Assembly (NCBI GenBank): GCA_963666345.1
Contig: OY762721.1
Coordinates: 3,840,001-3,904,000 of the forward strand
Length of the DNA stretch: 64,000 bases
From: Desulfatiglandales bacterium
Lineage (GTDB): Bacteria; Desulfobacterota; DSM-4660; Desulfatiglandales; Desulfatiglandaceae
Direction of reading: 5' to 3'
The notes beneath the pieces are model-generated. The model saw only the letters and a list, made by a program, of their open reading frames with translations. It was not told where the DNA came from and did no database searches. This document shows, piece by piece, positions 10,685-21,839 of the stretch. Position 1 is the stretch's first letter; each line of letters opens with the position of its first letter. Both the position numbers and the translations under genes were made by a program.

Positions 10685-11398
10685 TCATTCATTATCCATA
10701 ATTTTGTTTCCCCTCCCTTTTTTGATCAGAAGGGGTATTAAAAGTGAAAAAGCCAGGATAGTCAGGGAGATGAAAAATTCCGTAGTAAAGAGCTCTCCCC
10801 ACTTTCCATTTGCCCATACCTGTTTAAGCGTTCCTCCAAGGATGGAAAATACCAGAAGACCCGCAAGCATCCCTGTGCCTGTTCCTGCAAGAAAATCTCT
10901 GTAGCGCACATTGGTCAGACCGAGGGCGAAATTAAGAGGCGTAAAAGGGACATTAAACAGGCGCAGATAGAATACAGCCAAAAACCCGTTGCGTCCAATA
11001 GGCGCTTCATATTTTTTGAACCTTTTCCACAGGATTGAGTGAAAAAACTCCGTGCCGAGCGATCTGGAAAGAAAAAAGGCGCCGCTGGCGCCTGCAAGAC
11101 AACCAACCCATGAATATACAAAACCCCAGGAAGTCCCGAATATAACCCCTCCGGCAAGGACCATAAGACTTGCCGGCAGGAACAGGCATATGGTTATTCC
11201 ATGTAATACCATAAATATGAACGGTGCCCACAAGCCGGAGCCCTCAAGCAGCCGGCCGAGGTATTCAGGAGTAAGAAGCTCACTGAAATGGGTGAAACCA
11301 AAAATGTAGAGGCCGATGCACGCTATGGCACCCAACATCAGGAACTTCAGAAATCCGGACCTTGAGATCTTTTCCAACGGCTGAGATGGTTTTTTCAT
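10685..11398 (-). CDS. TVP38/TMEM64 (DedA/SNARE-associated) membrane protein
   Basis: Multi-TM protein with LPAS...GG.IFG...G and YLRLFNVPF..LNFALGLT motifs. Confidence 0.8.
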   Translation of the reverse strand: MKKPSQPLEKISRSGFLKFLMLGAIACIGLYIFGFTHFSELLTPEYLGRLLEGSGLWAPFIFMVLHGITICLFLPASLMVLAGGVIFGTSWGFVYSWVGCLAGASGAFFLSRSLGTEFFHSILWKRFKKYEAPIGRNGFLAVFYLRLFNVPFTPLNFALGLTNVRYRDFLAGTGTGMLAGLLVFSILGGTLKQVWANGKWGELFTTEFFISLTILAFSLLIPLLIKKGRGNKIMDNE

Positions 11399-11736
11399 CT
11401 TAAGTAATTCTTTTCAGCGGGAAGGGGTTTTGAAAAATTTAGATATCATTATCAGGTTTTTACAGACTAATCAATCGTATGATGGAACATATGACAACCA
11501 ATGACCTTTCCGCAGCATTTTGGACGGTAATTTTGTTTGAACGGATCATCCGGCCCTTTTGGCCGGAAGTCGGATAGGACATAATGCATTAGATAAAATT
11601 GTTTTTTATTAATCGTTCATGTTAATATCAGGCCTGATAACTTATATGAAAAGATGTGTTTAGGTGTCCTGCGGACCTTTTACGAAGCCGTCAACATCGG
11701 GTTACGCTGATCTGATACTGTTTACACCAGGGAGAA

Positions 11737-12570
11737 ATGGATATGGACGTCATTGATAGAATGAACGATTTTCTGGACATCCTGGGCCTTTCCGAGGAAC
11801 CTATGGGAATTTATTATACCGATGAGATGCCCAATGGAGGCTTTTCCCCCAAAGCCCTTGATCTTCCCACCAGAGAGAAAGAACTCGGAAACGAGATCGA
11901 CTGGCAGACGATTTTTTCAAACTTCTCCTGTGTGATAGGCAATATCTGGCGCGCCAGAAGGAAAAAGAGCGCCGCGGTCTTTGATAAGGAACGTTTCGGT
12001 TGTCCCGGGGGGGCCTTTTTCCTCGGATTTATGAAGCCTCAGACCGAGACGATCATCCATTACGTTTCAAGCGGCATACCGGGGCATATGGATGGTGAGT
12101 TATACTGCGAGTCACCCGATGAACTTAGAAAGATCTTCGAATATATCGATCCCGGACCAGCGCCCGCCGACTACTGTGTTGTTAAGCCGCTAAGCCTTTT
12201 TGAGGGTAGTGAAATGCCTGAGGTAGTGGCCTTCTTTGTCCGTCCCGAAAGTTTATGCGGGCTCCATCAGCTCGCCGCGTTTGTCACTAATGATCCCGAA
12301 GTGGTGGTATCCCCATGGGGTGCCGCCTGCACCAATCTGATCACCTGGCCTCTGAAATATATTCAGTCAGGTGAGAACAAGGCGGTCCTGGGTGGTTGGG
12401 ACCCGTCTGCAAGAAAATTTTTTAAGACTGATGAGCTAAGCTTCTCGGTGCCTTACGGTATGTTTCTGGAAATGCTTGAGAGGTTTGAGGGCTCTTTTCT
12501 TACAACTCCGACGTGGGCTGTTGTGAGAAAAAAAATACTCAGAAGTAAAAAGGTATGGGGGGAGTCGTAG
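11737..12570 (+). CDS. DUF169 family protein
   Basis: FSCVIG, FGCPGG, WGAACT, GGWDPSAR and DELSFSVP motifs; GGGAG RBS. Confidence 0.75.
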   Translation: MDMDVIDRMNDFLDILGLSEEPMGIYYTDEMPNGGFSPKALDLPTREKELGNEIDWQTIFSNFSCVIGNIWRARRKKSAAVFDKERFGCPGGAFFLGFMKPQTETIIHYVSSGIPGHMDGELYCESPDELRKIFEYIDPGPAPADYCVVKPLSLFEGSEMPEVVAFFVRPESLCGLHQLAAFVTNDPEVVVSPWGAACTNLITWPLKYIQSGENKAVLGGWDPSARKFFKTDELSFSVPYGMFLEMLERFEGSFLTTPTWAVVRKKILRSKKVWGES

Positions 12571-12576
12571 GCGGTT

Positions 12577-15030
12577 TCAGCCTGTCTTTGTTCTGCCTAA
12601 AAGAAGGCTGTTAACCACGACTGTAATACTGCTCATGGCCATGGCAACGGCCGCCATGATGGGATGGAGCTGCCTGAGAAAATCCGGGGCAAGGTCAAAG
12701 GGATAAAGTATTCCTGCTGCAACCGGTATCAGAATGATATTATAGCAGAATGCCCAGAAAAGATTCTGCTTCACCTTTTTCATGGTTGCCCTGCTGAGGG
12801 AAATGGCCTTGGGGATGCCTGACAGGCTTCCGCTTACAAGTACTACCTCTCCCGCCTCGATAGCGATATCGGTACCGGTTCCTATGGCCATGCCTACGTC
12901 GGCCTGGGCAAGGGCAGGGGCGTCGTTTATACCGTCTCCGACCATCCCGACCTTTTCCCCTTTTTGCTGAAGCTCTTTTATCTTCCCGACCTTTTCTTCA
13001 GGTTTTACCCCGGCGATAACATTATCTATCTCTATTTGGGAGGCGATCGAATCGGCGGTCTGCTTGTTGTCACCGGTCAGCATAACCAGCTTGAGGCCGA
13101 ATCCATGGAGCGCCTTCAGGGCATCCTTTGAGTCCGGCTTGGTCTTGTCCGAGAGGCCTATTAATCCCGCCTTTTCACCATTTATGACAAGGAGAACGAC
13201 TGTCTTCCCCTCCTTTTGAAGGGAATCTATGTTCCCTTTTATCCGCTCTTCATCCGTGCCCCTGCCTTTAAACCACTCAGGCCTTCCCAGTTCGACTTCA
13301 AGGCCTTGAATCCTTGCGTGAACCCCGAATCCGCTTGTGGCCTTAAAGTCTTGAGACTCCAAAAGGGGTATTCCTCTTTTTTCAGCCTCTCTGAATATGG
13401 CTCGTCCCAGGGGATGCTCTGAACCTGATTCGGCGGATGCTGCAATACTCAGTATCTTTTTGTCATCTGCCGATTTCGGATCAAGGACGATTATGTCGGT
13501 AAGCTCCGGGCGGCCGAGGGTAATTGTCCCGGTCTTGTCAAGGACAATGGTTTGAAGGCCGGCTGTATTTTCAAGCGCCTCACTGTTTTTAAACAGTATG
13601 CCCTTTTGAGCGCCTCTTCCCGTTCCGGCCATTATGGCTGTGGGCGTCGCAAGTCCGAGCGCGCAGGGGCACGCTATTACCAGGACCGCCACGAATCGTA
13701 TCATGGAGGATACAAAATCACCACCAAGTGAAAACCATATGAAAAAAGTCACTGCGGCTATAAGTATGACCCCCGGGACGAATACCGCGGCAACCCTGTC
13801 GGCAAGGGCCTGAATAGGGGGTTTGCTTCCCTGGGCCTGCTGGACCAGTTTTATTATACGAGCGAGCGCCGTGTCTTTTCCAACCTTTGTGGCCTCAAAC
13901 CTGAGCATGCCCTCGCCGTTTATGGTCCCTCCTGTAATTTCGTCTCCAGGCCCTTTCTCGGACGGTACCGGTTCTCCGGTGAGCATGGATTCATCAACGC
14001 TTGACACCCCTTTTATAACCACTCCGTCCACAGGGATGCTTTCTCCCGGTCTTACAATGATGGTATCCCCCACGTTAATCGCCGAAAGAGGGACCTCCTC
14101 TTCTCTGCCGTCCCGAAGGACACCGGCTGTCTTGGGCCGCAGTTCCATAAGGTTACGGATGGCCTGCCCGGTCCTTGCCTTTGTTCGCGATTCGAGAAGT
14201 TTTCCCAGCTTTATCAGTGTGATTATGAGCGCTGATGTCTCAAAGTAGACATGATGTCCAAGGGAAGGGAACAACAGGAGACTCAAAGAATAGCCGTAGG
14301 CAACCGATGAACCCATTGCCACCAGCAGATCCATATTTGCACTCATGTTTCTTAGACTCTTTATCCCTCCGGTATAAAAGTCCCAGCCGGTGTAAAACTG
14401 AACAGGGGTCGCAAGTGCAAGAAAAAACCAGTTTACCCATACGGCATGGCTCCAGGGTCCCAGGAGCCCGAAATCCCTTCCCATGCTAAGTACAAACAGG
14501 GGGGCTGCAAAGACGACTCCGATCATAAACTTACGAAGATGATTCCTGATCTCCGCATTCCTTGCAGCAAGCTCCGCGTCTTCACCCTGGGAAAGGATCT
14601 CGGGGGCAATGACTCCGTAGCCCGCTTTTTCGATGGCCCCGGTTATCTCCTCCGGGCTTACAAGTGAAGGTATATATTCCACAAAAGCCCTTTCCGCGGA
14701 AAGGTTCACTGAGGCCTTCAAGACGCCCTTGACCTTGTTGCTCAAAATTCTTTCAATAGCCATGGCACAGTTTGCACAGGTCATTCCCGTGACAGGTATT
14801 TCGATCGTGGAAGAGACAACCCCGTAACCGGCGGCCTTTACGGCGGTAACGATCCGGTCGATATCGGAGATATCCCTGTCAAATATCACGCTTGCCTTTT
14901 CCGAGGCAAAATTGACTTTCACCTCTTTAACACTATCGAGCTTTTTGATTGCCCTTTCTATGTTGCCGGCGCAATCGGCACAGGTCATTCCAGTGACGGA
15001 CAGGCTTATGTTTTCAGCTTTGTCAGACAA
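12577..15030 (-). CDS. copA: Cu(I)-translocating P1B-type ATPase
   Basis: Two GMTCxxC HMA domains, [28 protein letters not shown] and MxxSS. Confidence 0.93.
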   Translation of the reverse strand: MSDKAENISLSVTGMTCADCAGNIERAIKKLDSVKEVKVNFASEKASVIFDRDISDIDRIVTAVKAAGYGVVSSTIEIPVTGMTCANCAMAIERILSNKVKGVLKASVNLSAERAFVEYIPSLVSPEEITGAIEKAGYGVIAPEILSQGEDAELAARNAEIRNHLRKFMIGVVFAAPLFVLSMGRDFGLLGPWSHAVWVNWFFLALATPVQFYTGWDFYTGGIKSLRNMSANMDLLVAMGSSVAYGYSLSLLLFPSLGHHVYFETSALIITLIKLGKLLESRTKARTGQAIRNLMELRPKTAGVLRDGREEEVPLSAINVGDTIIVRPGESIPVDGVVIKGVSSVDESMLTGEPVPSEKGPGDEITGGTINGEGMLRFEATKVGKDTALARIIKLVQQAQGSKPPIQALADRVAAVFVPGVILIAAVTFFIWFSLGGDFVSSMIRFVAVLVIACPCALGLATPTAIMAGTGRGAQKGILFKNSEALENTAGLQTIVLDKTGTITLGRPELTDIIVLDPKSADDKKILSIAASAESGSEHPLGRAIFREAEKRGIPLLESQDFKATSGFGVHARIQGLEVELGRPEWFKGRGTDEERIKGNIDSLQKEGKTVVLLVINGEKAGLIGLSDKTKPDSKDALKALHGFGLKLVMLTGDNKQTADSIASQIEIDNVIAGVKPEEKVGKIKELQQKGEKVGMVGDGINDAPALAQADVGMAIGTGTDIAIEAGEVVLVSGSLSGIPKAISLSRATMKKVKQNLFWAFCYNIILIPVAAGILYPFDLAPDFLRQLHPIMAAVAMAMSSITVVVNSLLLGRTKTG

Positions 15031-15035
15031 TATGA

Positions 15036-15248
15036 TTATTTCCCCACAGAGTCCGGGTATCCTATCTGTTCCAGGGTATTCCTGATAATTTCAGGAGTGG
15101 CAGGATCGTCATATCGCACGATGATTTCTTTAGTGTCCGTGTCACCGCTGACCTCTTTTACACCTGGCAATTCAGAAAGTTCCCTCTGAATGGTCATTAC
15201 GCAGTGGCCGCATGTAATACCGGGTATAAGGAACCGGGTCTTGTCCAT
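15036..15248 (-). CDS. copZ: Copper chaperone (HMA domain)
   Basis: 70 aa with GITCGHC; directly upstream of copA. Confidence 0.85.
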   Translation of the reverse strand: MDKTRFLIPGITCGHCVMTIQRELSELPGVKEVSGDTDTKEIIVRYDDPATPEIIRNTLEQIGYPDSVGK

Positions 15249-15744
15249 TTTTCATTCTCCTTTCAGATGTTTCCCCTTAAGGAAGGACAAAAATGAGAGT
15301 TAATAAACCGTTTTTCATAAATTAAACATGAAAAAGGTTTAATCAATGTAAAGATAGCAAGCAGGCACCTCTGCTTTTATTGAATCGGATTGTTTATGCG
15401 TTGAATGGGAAGATTTTGATTAGTGCCATAAGACAGCAATTGATTGAGATCGGGAAAAGAAAGGTCGTTGCGGGAGGAGAAGGGGGGCTGGTCCCACAAT
15501 ACTTATAAGAAATAAGGCTAAGTATGAGATTTGCAGGCGAGGTCCTAATCCGGGCTTATAAAAGGTAGCAAAAAAATCCATTTGTCAGCTAGGGAGTAGC
15601 GGTTTGTGCATTGACTTTTATTACAGCGCTCGCAAACTGTAATATTTGAGGAACCTGCCCCCGGTCTCAATGGAAATAAAACAGAAGGGATGCTAAGAGT
15701 CAATACCTAATAAATGCCTGTATTATAGGTAAATAATCCAGGTT

Positions 15745-17124
15745 TTATTTCATTGAAAGAAGGTAGGATCTCAGGTTTATCGATTTTTTCTTTATACCCA
15801 GTTTGTTTCTTATGCCGTTTCGGTGAAATTCTATTGTCCTGGCGGACAGACTCATTACCTCTGCTATACGTTTTGTGGGCATCCCCTGCCTCACCAGGTT
15901 TGCCACGGTGATTTCAGTGGGGGTGAGTGTTTCGTATCTCTGAGAGATGGTTCTCAAAAAGGGCGATACAACCTCCTTGAGGTTTGATTCAATTATCTCC
16001 AGGTATGTATCCCGGGTCTCCGTAACATCGGTTTCCCTCAATTTCGCAACAAACGGCTCTATTAATTCCTGAATATTTGTGAGCACGTTTCTTTCAATTA
16101 CCTCCCTGTCTTTTTGCCTTTTGCGCAGGAGCACCTCAAGGGCGATATTTGCCTGTTCCAGTCTTTTGTTCTTTTTTTTGAGTTCCCTTTCCTTGTCCCT
16201 GATGGTTTTTTCCATCAGTTTTTTTTCCGTGATGTCTTCTCCGTATACGGCCACCTGCAGTACCGTGCCTTTTTCATCAGATATGGGAAACCCTCTCAGG
16301 TTATAGATCCTGCCAAGGGTCCCTTCGTCTTCCACCTCAAGACGGGTCCTTTTCCTGACAAGCTGCTTCAGCAGGGCCATGCGTTTTTTGGCTATCGGTT
16401 CAGGGGCGATTTCAAGTATGTTTTTGCCTTCGATTTTTTCTATTTCAAGACCCAGCAAATCGGCAACTTTCTGGTTCGCAGATATAATATTCCCCTCAGT
16501 ATCAAAGAGAAACACCAAATCGGGCGGGGCATTCAGGAGGGCTCGAAGCGCCTTATTCTGATTTTCCATTTTTCCGTGGGCCTTTTCAAGCGCCTTTTCG
16601 GTCATCTTTCGTTTGGTAATGTCCCTGGTGAATTCTGAAAAGCCCTCGATTTTTCCTTCGCTTAAAACCGGATTAAACGAGACCTCGAAATATCTTTTCT
16701 TCCCGTCTTCATCGGAATGGACATAGGTCGCGGAAACTTTTTCCCCTTTTAATACCCTTTTGTGAAGACCTTCCCACCAGGATCGCTCCTTTTCCGGCAG
16801 GAATGTGTGGGGCTGCAAACCCGGTTCCATCTTTATTCCGAGCAGGTCTTCCATGATGCGGGCGTAATTTTGGTTGAAATAGACGGGTTTTGCGTTCCTG
16901 TCACTGAAAAGTATGTAATCATCGATATTTTCAAGGAGGGCATAAAGGCTGTGTGCAAATATCCTCGGCTCGCAGGACGGATCCTGACAATCTATGTCTC
17001 TTAATCTTTTGAGAAAGGCGTTATCGGTTTCAGATAAAGTGGCGTCTGTTTTTTCTGCTATATCGGAATCTGGAAGAATTGAGGGAGCAAGATCATTTTC
17101 CGGCATGACCGTTACCTCTTTCAA
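15745..17124 (-). CDS. PAS-PAS/LuxR-type HTH transcriptional regulator
   Basis: Two PAS/PAC segments (RDITKRK, EDITEKK) and C-terminal LTPTE...IA..MSLSARTIEFHR..IR.KLG. Start may be 17106. Confidence 0.85.
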   Translation of the reverse strand: MKEVTVMPENDLAPSILPDSDIAEKTDATLSETDNAFLKRLRDIDCQDPSCEPRIFAHSLYALLENIDDYILFSDRNAKPVYFNQNYARIMEDLLGIKMEPGLQPHTFLPEKERSWWEGLHKRVLKGEKVSATYVHSDEDGKKRYFEVSFNPVLSEGKIEGFSEFTRDITKRKMTEKALEKAHGKMENQNKALRALLNAPPDLVFLFDTEGNIISANQKVADLLGLEIEKIEGKNILEIAPEPIAKKRMALLKQLVRKRTRLEVEDEGTLGRIYNLRGFPISDEKGTVLQVAVYGEDITEKKLMEKTIRDKERELKKKNKRLEQANIALEVLLRKRQKDREVIERNVLTNIQELIEPFVAKLRETDVTETRDTYLEIIESNLKEVVSPFLRTISQRYETLTPTEITVANLVRQGMPTKRIAEVMSLSARTIEFHRNGIRNKLGIKKKSINLRSYLLSMK

Positions 17125-17185
17125 AGTGAGGAGCAGATTTCGTAATTATTCTATTTGAAGAAATTAAGCTTGTAAAGAATCATGC

Positions 17186-17236
17186 AAAGAAAAGGGAGAA
17201 AAGCGCCCCGCTCAATTGAAACATAGAGCGGGGCGC
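17186..17236 (-). terminator. Rho-independent terminator of the oxidoreductase operon
   Basis: 11-bp perfect stem gcgccccgctc/gagcggggcgc followed by a T-rich tract on the minus strand. Confidence 0.75.
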
Positions 17237-17266
17237 AGGTCTTTTTAAAAGGGCATTGATTAGAGG

Positions 17267-17695
17267 TCACATCCTGTAGAGTTCTTCTCCCAGAACCCTT
17301 ATCCAGTTTTCTTCCATGATCTTGATCGCTTCTCCACTGGGGCCGGTACCCAGTACCAGGACGGTTATGTCGCCTGTTCCTATGCAGGGATATATGTAAT
17401 CGACGTTTATCCCCGCCTTTTTCAGCGGTTTCAGGATTGCGTTCATGCCCCCGGGGTGATGTGGCGTTTCGCAGGCCAGGACTTCATTTACTGTCAGGCC
17501 GTATCCTGCCGTTTTAAGGACGTTCGCGGCCTTATCAGGGTCGTTAGCTATAAAATGAAGCATGCCCTTGTCAGCCTCGGTTACAACGTAAAATGCTATT
17601 ATATTAATGCCGTTGCTGCCAAGCAGTTCACTGACCGCCGAGAGGGTCCCCGGTTTGTTTTCAAGTAACAGATCTATCTGTTTGACTGTTTTCAT
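17267..17695 (-). CDS. Tandem ACT-domain protein
   Basis: LENKPGTL...L...GINI and HPGGM..IL..L..AGINVDYIY. Confidence 0.85.
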   Translation of the reverse strand: MKTVKQIDLLLENKPGTLSAVSELLGSNGINIIAFYVVTEADKGMLHFIANDPDKAANVLKTAGYGLTVNEVLACETPHHPGGMNAILKPLKKAGINVDYIYPCIGTGDITVLVLGTGPSGEAIKIMEENWIRVLGEELYRM

Positions 17696-18252
17696 TTCTT
17701 TACTCCCTTCAAGACATATTCCGCTCCCCTGTCAAGGGCCTTTCGGTTGAGCTCCATAACAGAGGCCTTTTTACCTTTAACTTTTTCTTCGAGTCCAAGC
17801 ATTACCGATTCCAGAGAGGTTATTCCCGTCTTTGTTACAAAGGCCCCTACCATTATCATGTTTATTGTCCTGGCACTGCCCAGTTCCTTGGCAATTTCAT
17901 TGGCGGGAATCTTGATCGTTTCCACATCATCCCTGGACGGGTCAACATCGATAAGGCTTGAGTTGAGTATGAACACTCCTCCTGATTTTACGGATGCCTC
18001 ATATTTTACAAGAGATGGCCGATTCATTATGACCGCATAGTCCGGGGATGAGGCTACCGGGGAAAATATCTCTTCATCAGATACCACAACAGTGCAGTTG
18101 GCGGTTCCTCCACGTACTTCCGCACCATAGGACGGCAGGTACGTTACGTTTTTTCCGTCCTTCATAGCCGCAACCGCCGTAACATAACCCATCATGAGGA
18201 CTCCCTGCCCCCCAAAACCTGCAAAGACTGTTTTTTTGCTCATCGTGATCAA
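17692..18252 (-). CDS. 2-oxoacid:ferredoxin oxidoreductase gamma subunit
   Basis: AGFGGQG, PSYGAEVRGG, NMIMVGA. Confidence 0.9.
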   Translation of the reverse strand: MITMSKKTVFAGFGGQGVLMMGYVTAVAAMKDGKNVTYLPSYGAEVRGGTANCTVVVSDEEIFSPVASSPDYAVIMNRPSLVKYEASVKSGGVFILNSSLIDVDPSRDDVETIKIPANEIAKELGSARTINMIMVGAFVTKTGITSLESVMLGLEEKVKGKKASVMELNRKALDRGAEYVLKGVKK

Positions 18253-18287
18253 TCCTGTATCTTGTAGATTAATAAATCCGATAGACC

Positions 18288-19040
18288 CTATGAGAGCTTT
18301 CCCACCTCGTCTTTTATCACCTTGAGGGGAAAGACCTTTGTCATTTTATCTTCTATCCTTTTCGCCGCATCCAAAGGTGACATCTTCCAGTTGGTGGGGC
18401 AGGGGGATAGGATCTCCACCAGGGAAAAACCCAGCCCGGCCATCTGAACCTTGAATGCCTTGGTAAGTGCCCTCTTTGTGCGTATGATGTTTTTGGGAAA
18501 ATCTACTGCGGTGCGCTCTATATAAACGCTTCCCCTCGCAATGGCCAGCATCTGGCTCAGATCTATGGGCGTGCCGTCTCTTTCACGGTCTCTTCCGCCC
18601 GGTGTGGTAGTGGAATTCTGTCCCAGAAGAGTAGTGGGAGCCATCTGACCACCTGTCATGCCGTAAACACCATTGTTGACAAATATGACGGTGATGTTTT
18701 CTCCCCTGTTTGCCGCATGGATTGTCTCCGCAGTACCAATGGCGGCAATATCGCCATCTCCCTGATAGGTAAAGACGACCCTGTCAGGCAGGGTCCTCTT
18801 GATTCCGGTTGCAACCGCGGCGCCTCTTCCGTGGGGCGCTTCACCCATATCCACGTCAAGGTAATTGTAGGCCAGAACCGCACATCCTGCCGGAGGGACC
18901 CCTATGGTCCTGTCGCCGATTTCCAGCTCCTCTATCACCTCCGCCACCAGGCGATGAATGATACTGTGCCCGCAGCCTGGACAGTAATGAAAAACCGCTT
19001 CTTTGAGGTACCTGGGTCTCTTGAAAACCTGTTTTGCCAT
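18288..19040 (-). CDS. 2-oxoacid:ferredoxin oxidoreductase beta (TPP-binding) subunit
   Basis: YCPGCGH, GDGD...NN, YGMTGGQ, SPCPTNW. Confidence 0.92.
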   Translation of the reverse strand: MAKQVFKRPRYLKEAVFHYCPGCGHSIIHRLVAEVIEELEIGDRTIGVPPAGCAVLAYNYLDVDMGEAPHGRGAAVATGIKRTLPDRVVFTYQGDGDIAAIGTAETIHAANRGENITVIFVNNGVYGMTGGQMAPTTLLGQNSTTTPGGRDRERDGTPIDLSQMLAIARGSVYIERTAVDFPKNIIRTKRALTKAFKVQMAGLGFSLVEILSPCPTNWKMSPLDAAKRIEDKMTKVFPLKVIKDEVGKLS

Positions 19041-19043
19041 TGA

Positions 19044-20123
19044 TCAATCCTCTTCGAGATGCTGCCTGTGATAAAGGCTGTTTATAACCTTGGCAATCTC
19101 ATCAGGCGTAGAAATTATTCCACCCGGACGGCCGTAAAAATGTATATTGCTCCTGCCTTCCAGTGACAGTTTTACATCCTCCAGCATCTGACCCGTGCTC
19201 ATTTCAAAGACCATGAAGTCCTTTACAAGCCGACTCATTTCCCTGAGCATGCCTGCGGGAAACGGCCACAGCGTAACAGGTCTCAAAAGGCCCACCTTGA
19301 GCCCCATGTCTCTGACCCGCTTTACCGCGCCCTTCGCGATCCTGGCAGCCGTACCATATGCGATTATGACAAGCCTGGCATCCGTTGTCATGTAATTGTC
19401 ACAACTGGTTATTTCCCTGGCGATGGCCTCATATTTTCTCATCAGTTTCCAGTTGCGCGACTCCTCAGAATTGGGGTCCAGCAAAAGAGATTTTATTATT
19501 CTGCTGGGCCTTCCCTTTGCACCGTCCAACAGCCAGGGTTTCAGGGGAAGCTTGTCCGGATCCACCGGTTCGGGGAATTGAACAGGCTCCATCATCTGGC
19601 CCATCATGCCGTCTCCGAGTATCATTACGGGCGTCCTGTATCTGTCCGCGTACTCGAAGGCCTTTCGTGTCAGATCAGCCAGTTCCTGCCCCCCCGAGGG
19701 TGCAAGCACTATGGTACGGTAATCGCCATGCCCTCCGCCTCTTGTGGCCTGGAAATAATCTCCCTGGGACGGGGCTATGTTTCCAAGGCCGGGGCCCCCA
19801 CGCATTGTGTTTATGATCACCGAAGGCAGTTCCTGGGCAGCCAGATATGAAATACCTTCCTGCTTCAGGCTTATGCCGGGACTTGAAGAACTGGTCATGC
19901 AGCGTGCGCCTGCCATGGAGGCCCCTATGAGCATGTTTATCGCGGCAAGCTCGCTTTCGGCCTGGATAAAGGTTCCGTGCTCAAGCTTTGCCATGGCACC
20001 CGATACATACTCGGCAAGTTCATTCTGGGGAGTAATAGGGTAACCTGCGTAAAAACGGCAACCGGCGCGGACCGCGGCCTCACCGATTACATGACTTCCT
20101 CTCATCAATACCTTTTCAGTCAC
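19044..20123 (-). CDS. 2-oxoacid:ferredoxin oxidoreductase alpha subunit (VorB-like)
   Basis: GYPITPQ, QAESE, TSSSSPG, RGGPGLG. GTG start at 20123 overlaps the ferredoxin stop. Confidence 0.9.
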   Translation of the reverse strand: MTEKVLMRGSHVIGEAAVRAGCRFYAGYPITPQNELAEYVSGAMAKLEHGTFIQAESELAAINMLIGASMAGARCMTSSSSPGISLKQEGISYLAAQELPSVIINTMRGGPGLGNIAPSQGDYFQATRGGGHGDYRTIVLAPSGGQELADLTRKAFEYADRYRTPVMILGDGMMGQMMEPVQFPEPVDPDKLPLKPWLLDGAKGRPSRIIKSLLLDPNSEESRNWKLMRKYEAIAREITSCDNYMTTDARLVIIAYGTAARIAKGAVKRVRDMGLKVGLLRPVTLWPFPAGMLREMSRLVKDFMVFEMSTGQMLEDVKLSLEGRSNIHFYGRPGGIISTPDEIAKVINSLYHRQHLEED

Positions 20124-20352
20124 GATAAACCTCGATTGCCACATCAGGGCAGATAACTGCACAGAGTGCACATCCTGTACACCCTGAGGCCTTCTTTTCG
20201 CCCCCATTGACCTCTGCAGGATAATATCCTTTCTGATTAAGTTTTTCAGAAATTGTTATCATCTTGTTGGGGCAGACCGATATACAAAGATAACACCCCT
20301 TACATAATTCCCTGTCGATGGTAATGCTTCCTGATTTTGTCTTTTTGGTCAT
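20116..20352 (-). CDS. Ferredoxin-type delta subunit
   Basis: CKGCYLCISVCP and CTGCALCAVICP. Confidence 0.9.
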   Translation of the reverse strand: MTKKTKSGSITIDRELCKGCYLCISVCPNKMITISEKLNQKGYYPAEVNGGEKKASGCTGCALCAVICPDVAIEVYRD

Positions 20353-20830
20353 TTTTATCTACCGCTAAATTTGGTTGGAAATGGTATCAGAGCTGTCCGT
20401 TAAAATAGATGTTTGAGAAACATGAGAATTTCGATAAGTATGCAGACATATTCGCGACAGATTTTTTTGTCAAGTATTTTTTAGTCATTTTTATTCTCGT
20501 TGGCCTTCTTTCACCTTTCAGTCTCTTAAAGAGATTGAAGGGGTATAAAAACTCGTATGTAAATCAAGAGGCCGGAAGGGATTTGCAGTCGGCGCAAGCC
20601 CGCGGACATGGGCTTTAATGGAATTTTCCAGGATAGAAGAGGGCCCGAAAGTCGCCTGTTCGGACCTGCTGCGGAGTTCTGCCGTCAAGGCTGTCTTCCG
20701 GGCCGGATTGTAGTGCTGTACCTGAGGAGTACTTGGGAAAATCTTGATGCCATGGCCGGCTCAAAGATCGTGAAAAGATGGAGAAACTGCGATCAACCGG
20801 TTACAAAAGCGCAGCTTCAGGCGCAAGGCA

Positions 20831-21805
20831 TCAATTAATCATGAGGGAAACGAATTCCTGCTTGTCTCTGTTTTCGGTCTGTAAAACCTTTTCCGTTTTT
20901 CCCCCTGTCAGTTTGACGTCGATCTCCTCTCTGCCCTCCGTGTCACTGTATGCGGCCGTGATGGCGGCGGCAAGCTCAAGGACCTCATCGGAGGCAGTGC
21001 CGGAAAGCAGTGCTGTCGGCCCCGGAACCGATGCAGGTCTAAGGAGGAGATCTTCATCGCCTGACAGGGTGCTGATCACCTCGTTTTCCCTCTTGTTTCT
21101 TCCTACAACCAGCTTGGTCAAATGGTTCAGGCTGAAATGCCTCCCCAGTTTGAGTAATTCCAGAGCCCTTTTATCCGGAGTGACGCTCCTGTGAAGGAGA
21201 TCTTTAAGCCTTGTTGAAAATACCTGCTCGGTCAACATGCACCCACCGCCGGGGGAGGGATACTCGGTGATATTGAGGCTCGCGGCAAGCTTCATCTGGG
21301 GCTTGCGTGAGCGGCCCTGGATGTCGAGGAGCAGCTTTCTGTCGACCCATCCCTTTTGCTCCGGAACGGTTTGCGGCAGAAGTCCGGCTGAAAGCGGCCT
21401 CAGGAGCAGCCCTTCAATCCCGCTTTCGCGGGCAACAAGCTCAAGGGACCGCCTGTTCTGAGACATGGGTCGTTGTCCCATTACCTCGCCGGAAAAGACA
21501 AAGGCTGCGTTTTCCTGCGCGAGCATTTCTCCGGCTATCCTGAACATCAGGGCGTGACAGTCGATACAGGGATTCATGTTTCCGCCGTATCCATGCTTAG
21601 GGTCTTTTACTATTTCCAGATGTCGGGATGTGATATCCTTTTTCTTGAACCGAAGGCCGAGATTTCCGGCTGATTGCTCAGCCTTTTCCGCTGAAAAAAA
21701 GGGGGTCTCAAAAAAAATGGCCAGGACATCAATGCCCTGGGCCCTTATCAGCTCGGCAGCAAGGATGCTGTCAAGGCCCCCTGAAAAAACAGCCAGGGCT
21801 TTCAT
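20831..21805 (-). CDS. ThiI/MnmA-like PP-loop tRNA sulfurtransferase family protein
   Basis: SGGLDS, NPCIDCH, GEVMGQRPMSQ, PGGGC; no THUMP domain evident. Confidence 0.75.
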   Translation of the reverse strand: MKALAVFSGGLDSILAAELIRAQGIDVLAIFFETPFFSAEKAEQSAGNLGLRFKKKDITSRHLEIVKDPKHGYGGNMNPCIDCHALMFRIAGEMLAQENAAFVFSGEVMGQRPMSQNRRSLELVARESGIEGLLLRPLSAGLLPQTVPEQKGWVDRKLLLDIQGRSRKPQMKLAASLNITEYPSPGGGCMLTEQVFSTRLKDLLHRSVTPDKRALELLKLGRHFSLNHLTKLVVGRNKRENEVISTLSGDEDLLLRPASVPGPTALLSGTASDEVLELAAAITAAYSDTEGREEIDVKLTGGKTEKVLQTENRDKQEFVSLMIN

Positions 21806-21839
21806 GAAATATCCGCTCCCTTTTGAGGCAAGTGCAACT

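Noticed and set aside
11674..11694. gaccttttacgaagccgtcaa, resembling one end of a small inverted-repeat element
   Set aside because: No partner inverted end or second copy found in the window.
20409..20838. Short plus-strand ORFs between the oxidoreductase operon and the ThiI-like gene
   Set aside because: No recognisable motifs or convincing RBS; probably promoter region or spurious.
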